Source: Camelus ferus | Taxonomy: Eukaryota | Direction: 5' to 3' | Assembly (NCBI RefSeq): GCF_009834535.1 | Contig: NC_045698.1 | Span: forward strand, 4,156,001-4,220,000 | DNA length: 64,000 nucleotides | Notes under the pieces: model-generated | Database searches by the model: none | Told to the model about the DNA's origin: nothing | What the model saw: only the letters and a program-made list of their open reading frames with translations | Part shown: positions 63,128 to 64,000 of the stretch, piece after piece | Layout: every line of letters begins with the position of its first letter | Numbering within the stretch: position 1 is the first letter of the stretch | Made by a program: the position numbers and the translations under genes

Positions 63128-63183
63128 TTCTCTCCCTCTCTCTCTCTCTACCTTTCTCTCTCCCCCCCCCAACACACACACAC
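63128..63183. repeat. CT-rich then (CA)n simple repeat
   Basis: Directly visible. Confidence 0.85.
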
Positions 63184-64000
63184 GCATCATCTGTGGATTA
63201 TATTTTTGGTTTGTGGATTATTTAAGTCCTAGCGAGATCACCTCCTTTAAATTCCCACTGCCAAAGTAATTTCCTAAATTATAAGGAAACAATGCTTCTG
63301 GTGGTATGCCAAAGTGGGTGACCTCTTATTTTACTGAAAATATAGATTTGGTTATTATTTCAACAAAAGTAAAAGGCTTTGCCTTAGAAGAATTAAAACT
63401 AGAAAGAACCAGAGGACTTCTCCATAGAGTGGATTACTTTGAGAACCACCAGAACCTTAGAGCTTCCATTCCAGGAATGCACATGATGTATCTGTGGTCC
63501 ACTCCCTCCGAGGCTCGCTGCTGCCCTCAGAGTCAGGACCCTGATGGAGCCGCAGCCCTGGAGCCCTCCAGAGCAGGACAGCCCTGCTGATACCAGCATG
63601 TCCCTGGTGACTGTGACCAGCACGAATCTCTTCCGAGCCGGAGCCAGAATCATCTGAAAGGCTCTAGCTCGTGTTGATGGGGACGGCTGTTGGAACACAG
63701 GATGGAGTGGCTTGGAGATCCAGTCCTCCCAAAGGCTCAATAACCAACATCTGACTGAAAACGTAAAACCTAACATCTATCAAATTCTGAAGAGTTCACA
63801 AAATATTTTCTCAAAAATGCTCTCTGGGGTCCTGCCAACCATCCTTAACATAAATGTTTATAATTACTCCCACTTTACACAGAAGAAACCTGAATCTTAT
63901 TGAGGTCAAACAGCTTTATTACATCAAGAAAAGAGCAGAACCACCCACACTTCCTCTGCCTGCAAACTTAACCGTCTTCCTCATAACATGAAGCTGAAAG

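Noticed and set aside
1..64000. Repeat strand bias as evidence for an enclosing gene
   Set aside because: L1s are mostly on + while LTRs are mostly on -, so the signals conflict and numbers are small; the direction of any host transcript cannot be inferred.

Overview
Mammalian non-coding genomic DNA, most likely from a camelid (camel, llama or alpaca), judged from a Vic-1-like tRNA-derived SINE at 48506-48666 and the L1 3' ends. I found no recognisable cellular protein-coding gene, functional RNA gene or CRISPR array. The only ORFs with recognisable homology are broken LINE-1 ORF1/ORF2 pieces. The window is a mosaic of L1 copies, solo LTRs (MaLR/ERVL/ERV1-type), MIR and L2 relics, two DNA-transposon remnants (Tigger1-derived and MER5-like) and microsatellites. 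The main L1 copies are a relatively young 5'-truncated minus-strand insertion with TSDs (27.4-29.7 kb) and an older copy that keeps its 5'UTR but is 3'-truncated (46.3-50.95 kb). Repeat-free tracts between these look like possible developmental enhancers, so this may be a gene desert or a large intron. Subfamily names are from recalled consensus sequences, not a database search. I see no convincing new biological system. The best leads are a very diverged LINE endonuclease-like relic at about 39 kb, several nested insertions, candidate CTCF/enhancer elements and non-B DNA motifs.
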